NCBI GenBank assembly: GCA_963793865.1
Contig: CAWCBP010000014.1
Span: 32,001-96,000, forward strand
From: an uncultured delta proteobacterium
GTDB lineage: Bacteria > Desulfobacterota > WTBG01
Length of the DNA stretch: 64,000 nt
Direction of reading: 5' to 3'
Of this stretch, positions 60,689 to 64,000 are shown in pieces; within the stretch, counting starts at the first letter, position 1; each line of letters starts with the position of its first letter. The translations under genes were made by a program, and so were the position numbers. The notes beneath the pieces are model-generated. The model was not told where the DNA came from, did not search any database, and was given only the letters and a program-made list of their open reading frames with translations.

Positions 60689-61504
60689 TTATCGCCTGGC
60701 GGCACCCAGTTCCTGTGAACGTTTGGTTGCCGCCTCCACCGCATCCATCAGGGTTGATCTGAGGCGGCCCGCTTCCAGCTTGTGCAGCCCGCTGATGGTG
60801 GTGCCCCCCGGCGAGGTGACCATGTCCCGCAGTTTGGCGGGATGCTCGCCGGTCTCCGCGATCATTTTTGCCGATCCCAGGCAGGTCTGAGTGGCGAGGA
60901 GCAGGGCCACCTGGCGGGTGAGCCCCATCTTCACCCCCGCGTCAGCCAGGGCTTCAATGAAGAGGAATACATACGCGGGGCCGCTGCCGCTCAAGCCGGT
61001 GACCGCGTCCATGAGTGATTCATCGACCATGACCACTTTGCCCACCGCGCTGAAAATACTCTGGGCAATTTTAAGGTGGCTGTCTGTCGCGTTCCTGCCC
61101 TTGCAGAGCGCTGACGCTCCTTCCTGGATCAGGGCCGGGGTATTGGGCATCACCCTGATTATGGGTATGCTGCTTTTGAAATGACGGGAAATGAAATCGG
61201 TGGGGATGCCGGCGACAATGGAAATGATCAGGTGCCTGCCGCTGACGGCGGGCGCCAGCCCGGCGAGCATCGCTTCCATGTTCTGGGGTTTGACGCACAA
61301 AATAATTATATCAGCCTGCGCGGCGGCGGTCAGGTTGTCCTTGCATATTTTTATACCGTAGCTTTTCTGCAATGTTTTCAGCCGCTCGCTCCTGATATCC
61401 GACACAAAAACAAACTGGCGGGAACTCACCCCGGATTTAAGAATGCCTTTTATTAATGCCTCTCCCATGTTACCGCCGCCGATGAAACCGATCTTCTGCT
61501 GCAT
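60689..61504 (-). CDS. proC: Pyrroline-5-carboxylate reductase
   Basis: IGFIGGGNMG, RVMPNTP, SGSGPAY, VTSPGGTT. Confidence 0.96.
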   Translation of the reverse strand: MQQKIGFIGGGNMGEALIKGILKSGVSSRQFVFVSDIRSERLKTLQKSYGIKICKDNLTAAAQADIIILCVKPQNMEAMLAGLAPAVSGRHLIISIVAGIPTDFISRHFKSSIPIIRVMPNTPALIQEGASALCKGRNATDSHLKIAQSIFSAVGKVVMVDESLMDAVTGLSGSGPAYVFLFIEALADAGVKMGLTRQVALLLATQTCLGSAKMIAETGEHPAKLRDMVTSPGGTTISGLHKLEAGRLRSTLMDAVEAATKRSQELGAARR

Positions 61505-61573
61505 GACTTTATTCCTCCTGGATGAAAATTCTTGTTGAACTTTTTCTCCGGTTTTTATATATAAGAACAGCGC

Positions 61574-61648
61574 GGGCGATTAACTCAGCGGGAGAGTGCT
61601 ACCTTCACACGGTAGAAGTCACTGGTTCGAATCCAGTATCGCCCACCA
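61574..61648 (+). tRNA. tRNA-Val(CAC)
   Basis: Cloverleaf; ctacc-ttCACac-ggtag; CCA end. Confidence 0.93.
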
Positions 61649-61892
61649 CACCACCATCAGCAACAGTCCCTGATGCAACGGTCGCCCTGCATGCGCACCC
61701 TGCTTTTGTGCCGGTTGCGATTCACCGCGGGAAACTTTCAAGACAGTCTACAGATCATCAATCCATTCGCATATCACTATATTTAATTACTACCTTCATA
61801 GCATTAATGATGCGACAAATCAAGCTGATACCGTATTCAGGCTGCATCATGGGGCAGGCTGCCCCGATTCCTCGCTTCAGCCGTTCTTTGAA

Positions 61893-62618
61893 ATGAGTCC
61901 GGGAAAGCAGCGGGAAATACTGCAGCTGCTGTACGAGAGGCTTTACCGGTCCATCGGTCCTCTGCACTGGTGGCCTGCCGATTCCCCCTTTGAAGTGATG
62001 ATCGGGGCCATATTGACCCAGAACACCTCGTGGGCAAATGTTGAAAAGGCCATGCAGGTGCTGAAAGAAAAAAATCTGCTCCACCCCCGCAGGCTCTATG
62101 CAGTCCGGGAAAAAACGCTGGCAGCAGCCATCAGATCCTCCGGATTCTTCAACCTGAAGGCAAAACGAATCAGGTCTTTTCTGCAGTTTCTGTTTACCCG
62201 GTACCGGGGAGACATCGGGCGCATGTTTTCAGAAGAAACAGGGGCCTTGCGGGAGAAGATGCTGCAGATTAACGGCCTGGGGCCGGAGACGGTGGACAGC
62301 ATATTGCTCTATGCGGGTGAAAAGCCCGTTTTTGTGGTTGATGCCTATACCAAAAGAATTCTGCTCCGGCACGGGCTTGTCCCCGAAACGGCGGGTTATG
62401 CGGAACTGCAGAATCTTTTCATGGAGAACCTGGACCACGATGTCCGGCTGTTCAACGAGTATCATGCGCTTTTAGTCCATGTGGGCAAATATTTTTGCAG
62501 GCCCCGGGAAAACTGCGGACCCTGTCCTTTGAACGGGCTGCACAAGCGGCCGCCGGCAGCCGGGCAACGGACAACGGCACGCCGGGGGAGAAAAAAAACA
62601 ATAAAAACAATTAATTAG
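61893..62618 (+). CDS. Endonuclease III-related HhH-GPD protein
   Basis: WWPA..FEV.IGAILTQNT.W.NVEKA, GLGPET.DSILLYA, C-terminal Cys cluster. Confidence 0.88.
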   Translation: MSPGKQREILQLLYERLYRSIGPLHWWPADSPFEVMIGAILTQNTSWANVEKAMQVLKEKNLLHPRRLYAVREKTLAAAIRSSGFFNLKAKRIRSFLQFLFTRYRGDIGRMFSEETGALREKMLQINGLGPETVDSILLYAGEKPVFVVDAYTKRILLRHGLVPETAGYAELQNLFMENLDHDVRLFNEYHALLVHVGKYFCRPRENCGPCPLNGLHKRPPAAGQRTTARRGRKKTIKTIN

Positions 62619-62660
62619 ATGCAACGAAGTCATGTATATAAAAAATATTAAAAAAAGTTG

Positions 62661-62688
62661 TTGCTTTTTTAACTTGTATAAATATAAT
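62661..62688 (+). promoter_or_regulatory. Sigma70 promoter of the tRNA-tuf operon
   Basis: TTGCTT-N16-TATAAT with an A-rich UP element. Confidence 0.6.
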
Positions 62689-62699
62689 CATGCGGTTAT

Positions 62700-62774
62700 G
62701 CTGGCGTAGCTCAACGGCAGAGCAGCTGATTTGTAATCAGCAGGTTGCGGGTTCAAATCCCATCGCCAGCTCCA
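62700..62774 (+). tRNA. tRNA-Thr(UGU)
   Basis: Cloverleaf, anticodon TGT, CCA end. Confidence 0.95.
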
Positions 62775-62788
62775 TGGCGTTACTTCGT

Positions 62789-62873
62789 GGAGAGGTTCCC
62801 GAGTGGCTAAAGGGGGCAGACTGTAAATCTGTTGGTGCAACCTACGGAGGTTCGAATCCTCCCCTCTCCACCA
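62789..62873 (+). tRNA. tRNA-Tyr(GUA)
   Basis: Long variable arm, anticodon GTA, CCA end. Confidence 0.95.
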
Positions 62874-62899
62874 CAACGGCTGTTTGTTCATAATACCGG

Positions 62900-62976
62900 G
62901 CGGGAGTAGCTCAGTTGGCTAGAGCGTCAGCCTTCCAAGCTGAGGGTCGCGGGTTCGAATCCCGTTTCCCGCTCCA
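62900..62976 (+). tRNA. tRNA-Gly(UCC)
   Basis: Cloverleaf, anticodon TCC, CCA end. Confidence 0.95.
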
Positions 62977-62994
62977 ACCACAGCATTGTAAAAT

Positions 62995-63071
62995 GCCCAA
63001 GTAGCTCAGTAGGTAGAGCACTTCCTTGGTAAGGAAGAGGTTCACCGGTTCGATCCCGGTCTTGGGCTCCA
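62995..63071 (+). tRNA. tRNA-Thr(GGU)
   Basis: Cloverleaf, anticodon GGT, CCA end. Confidence 0.93.
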
Positions 63072-63134
63072 CAGTACCTTAAAAACCATAGTCCAGGGAC
63101 AGGTTATTACTCAATTCTTGAGGAGGCAGGAGCC

Positions 63135-64000
<866 letters not shown>

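Overview
Bacterial chromosomal DNA. The gene content suggests an anaerobic Deltaproteobacterium/Desulfobacterota (inference): tungsten-type AOR, a multiheme cytochrome c, a sigma54 regulator and the tRNA-tuf cluster. About a dozen genes carry single-base, mostly homopolymer, frameshifts that look like long-read errors. From left to right the window holds: (i) an envelope/lipid-transport stretch, 0-22 kb (Mla-type ABC, SYLF, B12 radical SAM, PagL-like, DUF748, AsmA, MacAB, GT-C); (ii) a REP-bracketed toxin-antitoxin patch with an integron attC cassette remnant and no integrase, 22.5-25.2 kb; (iii) a 10-gene type II FAS/PKS-like operon, 25.2-34.2 kb, with two active KS, two Cys-less KS (CLF-like), two dehydratases, KR, an enlarged ACP, AcpS and an acyl-ACP-reductase-like enzyme; (iv) a sigma54 promoter for that operon, facing a divergent SBP / sensor kinase / NtrC-type regulator / TonB receptor module; (v) two S8 proteases, a 9-heme cytochrome with a dockerin-like tail, a DUF169 pair with ferredoxin, and a Mod/Wtp ABC transporter; (vi) seven tRNAs, proC and the start of tuf. 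Intergenic DNA contains several families of small palindromic and heptamer repeats. The best candidate for an undescribed system is the sigma54-controlled dual KS/CLF operon with reductive release. All family calls come from motif recognition, not database searches.
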